A stretch of 64,000 nucleotides of DNA from Paragordius varius (lineage: Eukaryota > Animalia > Nematomorpha). This document shows, one piece after another, positions 15,001 through 28,140 of this stretch. A program made the position numbers and the translations under genes. The DNA is taken from contig OZ176057.1 in assembly GCA_964247055.1 (NCBI GenBank), positions 1,860,001-1,924,000 on the forward strand, in the 5' to 3' direction. The notes beneath the pieces were generated by a model. It saw nothing but the letters and a program-made list of their open reading frames with translations. It was not told the origin of the DNA and did not search any database. Each line of letters starts with the position of its first letter. The first letter of the stretch is position 1.

Positions 15001-18000
15001 GCTACGTCTATTGTTTAAAAATATATTTATACGTTTAGGAGGTTGCGAGGTTGGTACAGGTTTTACGGTACTTGGTATTACGGTACTGCCACTCGCTGCA
15101 TCTATTGTTTAAAAATATATTTATACGTTTAGGAGGTTGCGAGGTTGGTACAGGTTTAATGGTACTTGGTATTACGGTACTGCCAATCGCTGCATCTATT
15201 GTTTAAAAATATATTTATACGTTTAGGAGGTTGCGAGGTTGGTACAGGGTTAATGGTACTTGGTCTTACGGTACTGGCACTCGCTGCATCTATTGTTTAA
15301 AAATATATTTATACGTTTAGGTGGTTGCGTGGTTGGTACAGGTTTAATGGTACTTGGTATTACGGTACTGGCACTCGCTGCATCTATTGTTTAAAAATAT
15401 ATTATTACGTTTAGGAGGTTGCGAGGTTGGTACAGGTTTAATGGTGTTTGGTATTACGGTACTGGCACTCGCTGCATCTATTGTTTAAAAATATATTTAT
15501 ACGTTTAGGAGGTTGCGAGGTTGGTACAGGTTTAATGGTACTTGGTATTACGGTACTGCCACTCGCTGCATCTATTGTTTAAAAATATATTTATACGTTT
15601 AGGAGGTTGCGAGGTTGGTACAGGTTTAATGGTACTTGGTATTACGGTACTGGCACTCGCTGCATCTATTGTTTAAAAATATATTATTACGTTTAGGAGG
15701 TTGCGAGGTTGGTACAGGTTTAATTGTGTTTGGTATTACGGTACTGGCACTCGCTGCATCTATTGTTTAAAAATATATTATTACGTTTAGGAGGTTGCGA
15801 GGTTGGTACAGGTTTAATGGTGTTTGGTATTACGGTACTGGCACTCGCTGCATCTATTGTTTAAAAATATATTATTACGTTTAGGAGGTTGCGAGGTTGG
15901 TACAGGTTTAATGGTGTTTGGTATTACGGTACTGGCACTCGCTGCATCTATTGTTTAAAAATATATTTATACGTTTAGGAGGTTGCGAGGTTGGTAGAGG
16001 TTTAATGGTACTTGGTATTACGGTACTGGCACTCGCTGCATCTATTGTTTAAAAATATATTTATACGTTTAGGAGGTGGCTTGGTTGATCGAGGAATAAT
16101 GGTACTTGGTATTACGGTACTGGCACTCGCTACGTCTATTGTTTAAAAATATATTTATACGTTTAGGAGGTTGCGAGGTTGGTACAGGTTTTACGGTACT
16201 TGGTATTACGGTACTGCCACTCGCTGCATCTATTGTTTAAAAATATATTTATACGTTTAGGAGGTTGCGAGGTTGGTACAGGTTTAATGGTACTTGGTAT
16301 TACGGTACTGGCACTCGCTGCATCTATTGTTTAAAAATATATTTATACGTTTAGGAGGTGGCTTGGTTGATCGAGGAACAATAATACTTGGTATTACGGT
16401 ACTGGCACTCGCTACGTCTATTGTTTAAAAATATATTTATACGTTTAGGAGGTTGCGAGGTTGGTACAGGTTTTACGGTACTTGGTATTACGGTACTGCC
16501 ACTCGCTGCATCTATTGTTTAAAAATATATTTATACGTTTAGGAGGTTGCGAGGTTGGTACAGGTTTAATGGTACTTGGTATTACGGTACTGGCACTCGC
16601 TGCATCTATTGTTTAAAAATATATTATTACGTTTAGGAGGTTGCGAGGTTGGTACAGGTTTAATGGTGTTTGGTATTACGGTACTGGCACTCGCTGCATC
16701 TATTGTTTAAAAATATATTTATACGTTTAGGAGGTTGCGAGGTTGGTACAGGTTTAATGGTGTTTGGTATTACGGTACTGGCACTCGCTGCATCTATTGT
16801 TTAAAAATATATTTATACGTTTAGGAGGTTGCGAGGTTGGTACAGGGTTAATGGTACTTGGTCTTACGGTACTGGCACTCGCTGCATCTATTGTTTAAAA
16901 ATATATTTATACGTTTAGGTGGTTGCGTGGTTGGTACAGGTTTAATGGTACATGGTATTACGGTACTGGCACTCGCTGCATCTATTGTTTAAAAATATAT
17001 TATTACGTTTAGGAGGTTGCGAGGTTGGTACAGGTTTAATGGTGTTTGGTATTACGGTACTGGCACTCGCTGCATCTATTGTTTAAAAATATATTTATAC
17101 GTTTAGGAGGTTGCGAGGTTGGTACAGGTTTAATGGTACTTGGTATTACGGTACTGGCACTCGCTGCATCTATTGTTTAAAAATATATTATTACGTTTAG
17201 GAGGTTGCGAGGTTGGTACAGGTTTAATGGTGTTTGGTATTACGGTACTGGCACTCGCTGCATCTATTGTTTAAAAATATATTTATACGTTTAGGAGGTT
17301 GCGAGGTTGGTAGAGGTTTAATGGTACTTGGTATTACGGTACTGGCACTCGCTGCATCTATTGTTTAAAAATATATTTATACGTTTAGGAGGTGGCTTGG
17401 TTGATCGAGGAATAATGGTACTTGGTATTACGGTACTGGCACTCGCTACGTCTATTGTTTAAAAATATATTTATACGTTTAGGAGGTTGCGAGGTTGGTA
17501 CTGGTTTTACGGTACTTGGTATTACGGTACTGCCACTCGCTGCATCTATTGTTTAAAAATATATTTATACGTTTAGGAGGTTGCGAGGTTGGTACAGGTT
17601 TAATGGTACTTGGTATTACGGTACTGGCACTCGCTGCATCTATTGTTTAAAAATATATTTATACGTTTAGGAGGTGGCTTGGTTGATCGAGGAATAATAA
17701 TACTTGGTATTACGGTACTGGCACTCGCTACGTCTATTGTTTAAAAATATATTTATACGTTTAGGAGGTTGCGAGGTTGGTACAGGTTTTACGGTACTTG
17801 GTATTACGGTACTGCCACTCGCTGCATCTATTGTTTAAAAATATATTTATACGTTTAGGAGGTTGCGAGGTTGGTACAGGTTTAATGGTACTTGGTATTA
17901 CGGTACTGGCACTCGCTGCATCTATTGTTTAAAAATATATTATTACGTTTAGGAGGTTGCGAGGTTGGTACAGGTTTAATGGTGTTTGGTATTACGGTAC

Positions 18001-21000
18001 TGGCACTCGCTGCATCTATTGTTTAAAAATATATTTATACGTTTAGGAGGTTGCGAGGTTGGTAGAGGTTTAATGGTACTTGATATTACGGTACTGCCAC
18101 TCGCTGCATCTATTGTTTAAAAATATATTTATACGTTTAGGAGGTGGCTTGGTTGATCGAGGAATAATGGTACTTGGTATTACGGTACTGCCACTCGCTG
18201 CATCTATTGTTTAAAAATATATTTATACGTTTAGGAGGTGGCTTGGTTGATCGAGGAATAATGGTACTTGGTATTACGGTACTGCCACTCGCTGCATCTA
18301 TTGTTTAAAAATATATTTATACGTTTAGGAGGTTGCGAGGTTGGTACAGGTTTAATGGTACTTGGTATTACGGTACTGCCAATCGCTGCATCTATTGTTT
18401 AAAAATATATTTATACGTTTAGGAGGTTGCGAGGTTGGTACAGGGTTAATGGTACTTGGTCTTACGGTACTGGCACTCGCTGCATCTATTGTTTAAAAAT
18501 ATATTTATACGTTTAGGTGGTTGCGTGGTTGGTACAGGTTTAATGGTACTTGGTATTACGGTACTGGCACTCGCTGCATCTATTGTTTAAAAATATATTA
18601 TTACGTTTAGGAGGTTGCGAGGTTGGTACAGGTTTAATGGTGTTTGGTATTACGGTACTGGCACTCGCTGCATCTATTGTTTAAAAATATATTTATACGT
18701 TTAGGAGGTTGCGAGGTTGGTACAGGTTTAATGGTACTTGGTATTACGGTACTGCCACTCGCTGCATCTATTGTTTAAAAATATATTTATACGTTTAGGA
18801 GGTTGCGAGGTTGGTACAGGTTTAATGGTACTTGGTATTACGGTACTGGCACTCGCTGCATCTATTGTTTAAAAATATATTATTACGTTTAGGAGGTTGC
18901 GAGGTTGGTACAGGTTTAATGGTGTTTGGTATTACGGTACTGGCACTCGCTGCATCTATTGTTTAAAAATATATTTATACGTTTAGGAGGTTGCGAGGTT
19001 GGTACAGGTTTTACGGTACTTGGTATTACGGTACTGCCACTCGCTGCATCTATTGTTTAAAAATATATTTATACGTTTAGGAGGTTGCGAGGTTGGTACA
19101 GGTTTAATGGTACTTGGTATTACGGTACTGGCACTCGCTGCATCTATTGTTTAAAAATATATTATTACGTTTAGGAGGTTGCGAGGTTGGTACAGGTTTA
19201 ATGGTGTTTGGTATTACGGTACTGGCACTCGCTGCATCTATTGTTTAAAAATATATTTATACGTTTAGGAGGTTGCGAGGTTGGTAGAGGTTTAATGGTA
19301 CTTGGTATTACGGTACTGCCACTCGCTGCATCTATTGTTTAAAAATATATTTATACGTTTAGGAGGTGGCTTGCTTGATCGAGGAATAATGGTACTTGGT
19401 ATTACGGTACTGGCACTCGCTGCGTCTATTGTTTATAAATATATATTTACGTTTAGGAGGTTGCGAGGTTGGTACAGGTTTAATGGTACTTGGTATTACG
19501 GTACTGGCATTCGCTGCATCTATTGTTTAAAAATATATTATTACGTTTAGGAGGTTGCGAGGTTGGTACAGGTTTAATGGTGTTTGGTATTAGGGTACTG
19601 GCACTCGCTGGATCTATTGTTTAAAAATATATTTATACGTTTAGGAGGCTGCGAGGTTGGTAGAGGTTTAATGGGACTTGGTATTACGGTACTGCCACTC
19701 GCTGCATCTATTGTTTAAAAATATATTTATACGTTTAGGAGGTGGCTTGGTTGATCGAGGAATAATGGTACTTGGTATTACGGTACTGCCACTCGCTGCA
19801 TCTATTGTTTAAAAATATATTTATACGTTTAGGAGGTTGCGAGGTTGGTACAGGTTTAATGGTACTTGGTATTACGGTACTGCCACTCGCTGCATCTATT
19901 GTTTAAAAATATATTTATACGTTTAGGAGGTTGCGAGGTTGGTACAGGGTTAATGGTACTTGGTCTTACGGTACTGGCACTCGCTGCATCTATTGTTTAA
20001 AAATATATTTATACGTTTAGGAGGTTGCGAGGTTGGTAGAGGTTTAATGGTACTTGGTATTACGGTACTGGCACTCGCTGCATCTATTGTTTAAAAATAT
20101 ATTTATACGTTTAGGAGGTTGCGAGGTTGGTACAGGTTTAATGGTACTTGGTATTACGGTACTGGCACTCGCTGCATCTATTGTTTAAAAATATATTTAT
20201 ACGTTTAGGAGGTTGCGAGGTTGGTACAGGTTTAATGGTACTTGGTATTACGGTACTGGCACTCGCTGCATCTATTGTTTAAAAATATATTTATACGTTT
20301 AGGAGGTTGCGAGGTTGGTAGAGGTTTAATGGTACTTGGTATTACGGTACTGCCACTCGCTGCATCTATTGTTTAAAAATATATTTATACGTTTAGGAGG
20401 TGGCTTGGTTGATCGAGGAATAATGGTACTTGGTATTACGGTACTGGCACTCGCTGCGTCTATTGTTTATAAATATATATTTACGTTTAGGAGGTTGCGA
20501 GGTTGGTACAGGTTTAATGGTACTTGGTATTACGGTACTGGCATTCGCTGCATCTATTGTTTAAAAATATATTATTACGTTTAGGAGGTTGCGAGGTTGG
20601 TACAGGTTTAATGGTGTTTGGTATTAGGGTACTGGCACTCGCTGCATCTATTGTTTAAAAATATATTTATACGTTTAGGAGGCTGCGAGGTTGGTAGAGG
20701 TTTAATGGGACTTGGTATTACGGTACTGCCACTCGCTGCATCTATTGTTTAAAAATATATTTATACGTTTAGGAGGTGGCTTGGTTGATCGAGGAATAAT
20801 GGTACTTGGTATTACGGTACTGCCACTCGCTGCATCTATTGTTTAAAAATATATTTATACGTTTAGGAGGTTGCGAGGTTGGTACAGGTTTAATGGTACT
20901 TGGTATTACGGTACTGCCACTCGCTGCATCTATTGTTTAAAAATATATTTATACGTTTAGGAGGTTGCGAGGTTGGTACAGGGTTAATGGTACTTGGTCT

Positions 21001-24000
21001 TACGGTACTGGCACTCGCTGCATCTATTGTTTAAAAATATATTTATACGTTTAGGTGGTTGCGTGGTTGGTACAGGTTTAATGGTGTTTGGTATTACGGT
21101 ACTGGCACTCGCTGCATCTATTGTTTAAAAATATATTTATACGTTTAGGAGGTTGCGAGGTTGGTACAGGTTTAATGGTACTTGGTATTACGGTACTGCC
21201 ACTCGCTGCATCTATTGTTTAAAAATATATTTATACGTTTAGGAGGTTGCGAGGTTGGTACAGGTTTAATGGTACTTGGTATTACGGTACTGGCACTCGC
21301 TGCATCTATTGTTTAAAAATATATTATTACGTTTAGGAGGTTGCGAGGTTGGTACAGGTTTAATGGTGTTTGGTATTACGGTACTGGCACTCGCTGCATC
21401 TATTGTTTAAAAATATATTATTACGTTTAGGAGGTTGCGAGGTTGGTACAGGTTTAATGGTGTTTGGTATTACGGTACTGGCACTCGCTGCATCTATTGT
21501 TTAAAAATATATTTATACGTTTAGGAGGTTGCGAGGTTGGTAGAGGTTTAATGGTACTTGGTATTACGGTACTGCCACTCGCTGCATCTATTGTTTAAAA
21601 ATATATTTATACGTTTAGGAGGTTGCGAGGTTGGTACAGGTTTAATGGTGTTTGGTATTACGGTACTGGCACTCGCTGCATCTATTGTTTAAAAATATAT
21701 TTATACGTTTAGGAGGTTGCGAGGTTGGTAGAGGTTTAATGGTACATGGTATTACGGTACTGGCACTCGCTGCATCTATTGTTTAAAAATATATTTATAC
21801 GTTTAGGAGGTTGCGAGGTTGGTACAGGTTTTACGGTACTTGGTATTACGGTACTGCCACTCGCTGCATCTATTGTTTAAAAATATATTTATACGTTTAG
21901 GAGGTTGCGAGGTTGGTACAGGTTTAATGGTACTTGGTATTACGGTACTGGCACTCGCTGCATCTATTGTTTAAAAATATATTATTACGTTTAGGAGGTT
22001 GCGAGGTTGGTACAGGTTTAATGGTGTTTGGTATTACGGTACTGGCACTCGCTGCATCTATTGTTTAAAAATATATTTATACGTTTAGGAGGTTGCGAGG
22101 TTGGTAGAGGTTTAATGGTACTTGGTATTACGGTACTGCCACTCGCTGCATCTATTGTTTAAAAATATATTTATACGTTTAGGAGGTGGCTTGGTTGATC
22201 GAGGAATAATGGTACTTGGTATTACGGTACTGGCACTCGCTGCGTCTATTGTTTATAAATATATATTTACGTTTAGGAGGTTGCGAGGTTGGTACAGGTT
22301 TAATGGTACTTGGTATTACGGTACTGGCATTCGCTGCATCTATTGTTTAAAAATATATTATTACGTTTAGGAGGTTGCGAGGTTGGTACAGGTTTAATGG
22401 TGTTTGGTATTAGGGTACTGGCACTCGCTGCATCTATTGTTTAAAAATATATTTATACGTTTAGGAGGCTGCGAGGTTGGTAGAGGTTTAATGGGACTTG
22501 GTATTACGGTACTGCCACTCGCTGCATCTATTGTTTAAAAATATATTTATACGTTTAGGAGGTGGCTTGGTTGATCGAGGAATAATGGTACTTGGTATTA
22601 CGGTACTGCCACTCGCTGCATCTATTGTTTAAAAATATATTTATACGTTTAGGAGGTTGCGAGGTTGGTACAGGTTTAATGGTACTTGGTATTACGGTAC
22701 TGCCACTCGCTGCATCTATTGTTTAAAAATATATTTATACGTTTAGGAGGTTGCGAGGTTGGTACAGGGTTAATGGTACTTGGTCTTACGGTACTGGCAC
22801 TCGCTGCATCTATTGTTTAAAAATATATTTATACGTTTAGGTGGTTGCGTGGTTGGTACAGGTTTAATGGTACTTGGTATTACGGTACTGGCACTCGCTG
22901 CATCTATTGTTTAAAAATATATTATTACGTTTAGGAGGTTGCGAGGTTGGTACAGGTTTAATGGTGTTTGGTATTACGGTACTGGCACTCGCTGCATCTA
23001 TTGTTTAAAAATATATTTATACGTTTAGGAGGTTGCGAGGTTGGTACAGGTTTAATGGTACTTGGTATTACGGTACTGCCACTCGCTGCATCTATTGTTT
23101 AAAAATATATTTATACGTTTAGGAGGTTGCGAGGTTGGTACAGGTTTAATGGTACTTGGTATTACGGTACTGGCACTCGCTGCATCTATTGTTTAAAAAT
23201 ATATTATTACGTTTAGGAGGTTGCGAGGTTGGTACAGGTTTAATGGTGTTTGGTATTACGGTACTGGCACTCGCTGCATCTATTGTTTAAAAATATATTT
23301 ATACGTTTAGGAGGTTGCGAGGTTGGTACAGGTTTAATGGTACTTGTTATTACGGTACTGCCACTCGCTGCATCTATTGTTTAAAAATATATTTATACGT
23401 TTAGGAGGTGGCTTGGTTGATCGAGGAATAATGGTACTTGGTATTACGGTACTGCCACTCGCTGCATCTATTGTTTAAAAATGTATTTATACGTTTAGGA
23501 GGTGGCTTGGTTGATCGAGGAATAATGGTACTTGGTATTACGGTACTTCCACTCGCTGCATCTATTGTTTTAAAATATATTTATACGTTTAAGAGGTTGC
23601 GAGGTTGGTAGAGGTTTAATGGTACTTGGTATTACGGTACTGGCACTCGCTGCATCTATTGTTTAAAAATATATTTATACGTTTAGGAGGTGGCTTGGTT
23701 GATCGAGGAATAATGGTTCTAGGTATTACGGTACTGGCACTCGCTGCATCTATTGTTTAAAAATATATTTATACGTTTAGGAGGTTGCGAGGTTGGTAGA
23801 GGTTTAATGGTACTTGGTATTAGGGTACTGCCACTCGCTGCATCTATTGTTTAAAAATATATTTATACGTTTAGGAGGTGGCCTGGTTGATCGAGGAATA
23901 ATGGTACTTGGTATTACGGTACTTCCACTCGCTGCATCTATTGTTTAAAAATATATTTATACGTTTAGGAGGTTGCGAGGTTGGTAGAGGTTTAATGGTA

Positions 24001-26760
24001 CTTGGTATTACGGTACTGCCACTCGCTAAGTCTATTGTTTAAAAATATATTTATACGTTTAGGAAGTGGCCTGGTTGATCGAGGAATAATGGTACTTGGT
24101 ATTACGGTACTGCCACTCGCTGTATCTATTGTTTAAAAATATATTTATACGTTTAGGAGGTTGCGAGGTTGGTACAGGTTTAATGGTACTCGGTATTACG
24201 GTACTGGCACTCGCTGCATCTATTGTTTAAAAATATATTTATACGTTTAGGAGGTGGCCTGGTTGATCGAGGAATAATGGTACTTGGTATTACGGTACTG
24301 GCACTCGCTGCATCTATTGTTTAAAAATATATTTATACGTTTAGGAGGTGGCTTGGTTGATCGAGGAATAATGGTTCTTGGTATTACGGTACTGGCACTC
24401 GCTGCATCTATTGTTTAAAAATATATTTATACGTTTAGGAGGTTGCGAGGTTGGTACAGGTTTAATTGTACTTGGTATTACGGTACTGCCACTCGCTGCA
24501 TCTATTGTTTAAAAATATATTTATACGTTTCGGAGGTGGCTTGGTTGATCGAGGAATAATGGTACTTGGTATTACGGTAGTGGCACTCGCTGCGTCTATT
24601 GTTTAAAAATATATTTTTACGTTTAGGAGGTTGCGAGGTTGGTAGAGGTTTTACGGTACTTGGTATTACGGTACTGCCACTCGCTGCATCTATTGTTTAA
24701 AAATATATTTATACGTTTAGGAGGTTGCGAGGTTGGTACAGGTTTAATGGTACTTGGTATTACGGTACTGCCACTCGCTACATCTATTGTTTAAATATAT
24801 ATTTATACGTTTAGGAGGTTGCGAGGTTGGTACAGGTTTAATGGTACTTGGTATTACGGTACTGGCACTCGCTGCATCTATTGTTTAAAAATATATTTAT
24901 ACGTTTAGGAGGTGGCTTGGTTGATCGAGGAATAATGGTACTTGGTATTACGGTACTGGCACTCGCTGCATCTATTGTTTAAAAATATATTTATACGTTT
25001 AGGATGTGGCTTGGTTGATCGAGGAATAATGGTACTTGGTATTACGGTACTTCCACTCGCTGCATCTATTGTTTAAAAATATATTTATACGTTTAGGAGG
25101 TTGCGAGGTTGGTAGAGGTTTAATGGTACTTGGTATTACGGTACTGCCACTCGCTACGTTTATTGTTTAAAAATATATTTATACGTTTAGGAGGTGGCTT
25201 GGTTGATCGAGGAATAATGGTACTCGGTATTACGGTACTGTCACTCGCTGTATCTATTGTTTAAAAATTTATTTATACGTTTAGGAGGTTGCGAGGTTGG
25301 TAGAGGTTTAATGGTACTTGGTATTACGGTACTGGCACTCGCTGCATCTATTGTTTAAAAATATATTTATACGTTTAGGAGGTGGCTTGGTTGATCGAGG
25401 AATAATGGTTCTTGGTATTACGGTACTGGCACTCGCTGCATCTATTGTTTAAAAATATATTTATACGTTTAGGAGGTTGCGAGGTTGGTACAGGTTTAAT
25501 GGTACTTGGTATTACGGAACTGCCACTCGCTGCATCTATTGTTTTAAAATATATTTATACGTTTAGGAGGTTGCGAGGTTGGTAGAGGTTTAATGGTACT
25601 TGGAATTACGGTACTGCCACTCGCTGCGTCTATTGTTTAAAAATATATTTATACGTTTAGGAGGTTGCGAGGTTGGTACAGGTTTAATGGTACTTGTTAT
25701 TACGGTACTGCCACTCGCTGCAACTATTGTTTAAAAATATATTTATACGTTTAGGAGGTGGCTTGGTTGATCGAGGAATAATGGTACTTGGTATTACGGT
25801 ACTGCCACTCGCTGCATCTATTGTTTAAAAATATATTTATACGTTTAGGAGGTGGCTTGGTTGATCGAGGAATAATGGTACTTGGTATTACGGTACTTCC
25901 ACTCGCTGCATCTATTGTTTAAAAATATATTTATACGTTTAGGAGGTTGCGAGGTTGGTAGAGGTTTAATGGTACTTGGTATTACGGTACTGCCACTCGC
26001 TACGTCTATTGTTTAAAAATATATTTATACGTTTAGGAGGTGGCCTGGTTGATCGAGGAATAATGGTACTTGGTATTACGGTACTGCCACTCGCTGCATC
26101 TATTGTTTAAAAATATATTTATACGTTTAGGAGGTTGCGAGGATGGTACAAGTTTAATTGTACTTGGTATTACGGTACTGCCACTCGCTGCATCTATTGT
26201 TGAAAAATATATTTATACGTTTAGGACGTGGCTTGGTTGATCGAGGAATAATGGTACTTGGTATTACGGTACTGGCACTCGCTGCATCTATTGTTTAAAA
26301 TATATTTATACGTTTAGGAGGTTGCGAGGTTGGTACAGGTTTAATTGTACTTGGTATTACGGTACTGCCACTCGTTGCATCTATTGTTTAAAAATATATT
26401 TATACGTTTCGGAGGTGGCTTGGTTGATCGAGGAATAATGGTACTTGGTATTACGGTACTGGCACTCGCTGCGTCTATTGTTTAAAAATATATTTTTACG
26501 TTTAGGAGGTTGCGAGTTTGGTACAGGTTTTACGGTACTTGGTATTACGGTACTGCCACTCGCTGCATCTATTGTTTAAAAATATTTTTATACGTTTAGG
26601 AGGTTGCGAGGTTGGTACAGGTTTAATGGTACTTGGTATTACGGTACTGCCACTCGCTACATCTATTGTTTAAATATATATTTATACGTTTAGGAGGTTG
26701 CGAGGTTGGTAGAGGTTTAATGGTACTTGGTATTACGGTACTGCCACTCACTGCATCTAT
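1..26760 (+). repeat. Satellite domain 1: homogeneous 94-bp A/B monomers
   Basis: A cassette ttgcgaggttggtacaggttt and B cassette tggc(t/c)tggttgat(c/a)gaggaat alternate irregularly on a near-identical remainder. Private substitutions increase after about 23,300. Confidence 0.95.
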
Positions 26761-27520
26761 TGTTTAAAAATTTATTTACGTTTAGGAGGCTGCGTGGCTG
26801 ATAGAGGAGTAATGGTATTTGGTTTTACGGTACTGCCACTCGCTGCATCTATTGTTTAAAAATTTATTTACGTTTAGGAGGCTGCGTGCTTGATAGAGGA
26901 CTAATGATATTTGGTTTTACGGCAATGCCACTCACTGCATCTAATTATTAAAAAAATATATATATAGGTTCAGGGGGCTGCGTGGTTGATAGAGGAGTAA
27001 TGGTATTTGGTTTTACGGTACTGCCAGACGCTGAATCTATTGTTTAAAAAAATATTTAGGTTCAGGGGGCAGCGTGGTTGATAGCGGAGTAATAATAATT
27101 GGTTTTACGGTACGGCCACTCACTGCATCTATTGTTAAAATATATTTACGTTCAGTGGTCAGCGTGGTTGATTATGGAGTAATGGTATTTGTTTTTACGG
27201 TACTGCCACTCACTGCATCTATTGTTTAAAAATATATTTACCTTTAGGTGGTTGCGTATTTGATCGAGGAATTGTGGAATTTGGTTTTACGGTACTGCCA
27301 CTCGCTGCATCTATTGTTCAAAAATTTATTTAACTTTAGGAGGTGCGTGGTGTATCGAGGAATTGTGGTATTTGGTTTTACGGTACTGCCACTCGCTGCA
27401 TCTATTGTTCAAAAATTTATTTAACTTTAGGAGGCTGCGTGGTTGATAGAGGAGTAATGATATTTCTTTTTACGGTACTGCCACTCACTGCATCTATTGT
27501 TTAAAAATATATTTAGTTTA
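26761..27520 (+). repeat. Satellite C-type block 1 (about 8 diverged ~92-bp monomers)
   Basis: Monomers such as ggaggctgcgtggctgatagaggagtaatggtatttggttttacggtactgccactcgctgcatctattgtttaaaaatttatttacgttta, each distinct from its neighbours. Confidence 0.9.
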
Positions 27521-28140
27521 GGAGGTTGCGAGGATGGTACAAGTTTAATTGTACTTGGTATTACGGTACTGCCACTCGCTGCATCTATTGTTGAAAAATA
27601 TATTTATACGTTTAAGACGTGGCTTGGTTGAACGAGGAATAATCGTACTTGGTATTACGGTACTGGCACTCGCTGCATCTATTGTTTAAAAATATATTTA
27701 TACGTTTAGGAGGTTGCGAGGTTGGTACAGGTTTAATTGTACTTGGTATTACGGTACTGCCACTCGCTGCATCTATTGTTTAAAAATATATTTATACGTT
27801 TCGGAGGTGGCTTGGTTGATCGAGGAATAATGGTACTTGGTATTACGGTAGTGGCACTCGCTGCGTCTATTGTTTAAAAATATAGTTTTACGTTTAGGAG
27901 GTTGCGAGGTTGGTAGAGGTTTTACGGTACTTGTTATTACGGTACTGCCACTCGCTGCATCTATTGTTTAAAAATATATTTATACGTTTAAGAGGTTGCG
28001 AGGTTGGTACATGTTTAATGGTACTTGGTATTACGGTACTGCCACTCGCTACATCTATTGTTTAAATATATATTTATACGTTTAGGAGGTTGCGAGGTTG
28101 GTAGAGGTTTAATGGTACTTGGTATTACGGTACTGCCACT
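27521..28140 (+). repeat. Short A/B block (part of a 1.39-kb tandem duplication)
   Basis: Marker ggatggtacaagtttaattg occurs at 26,141 and 27,532, and the following monomers match. Confidence 0.85.
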
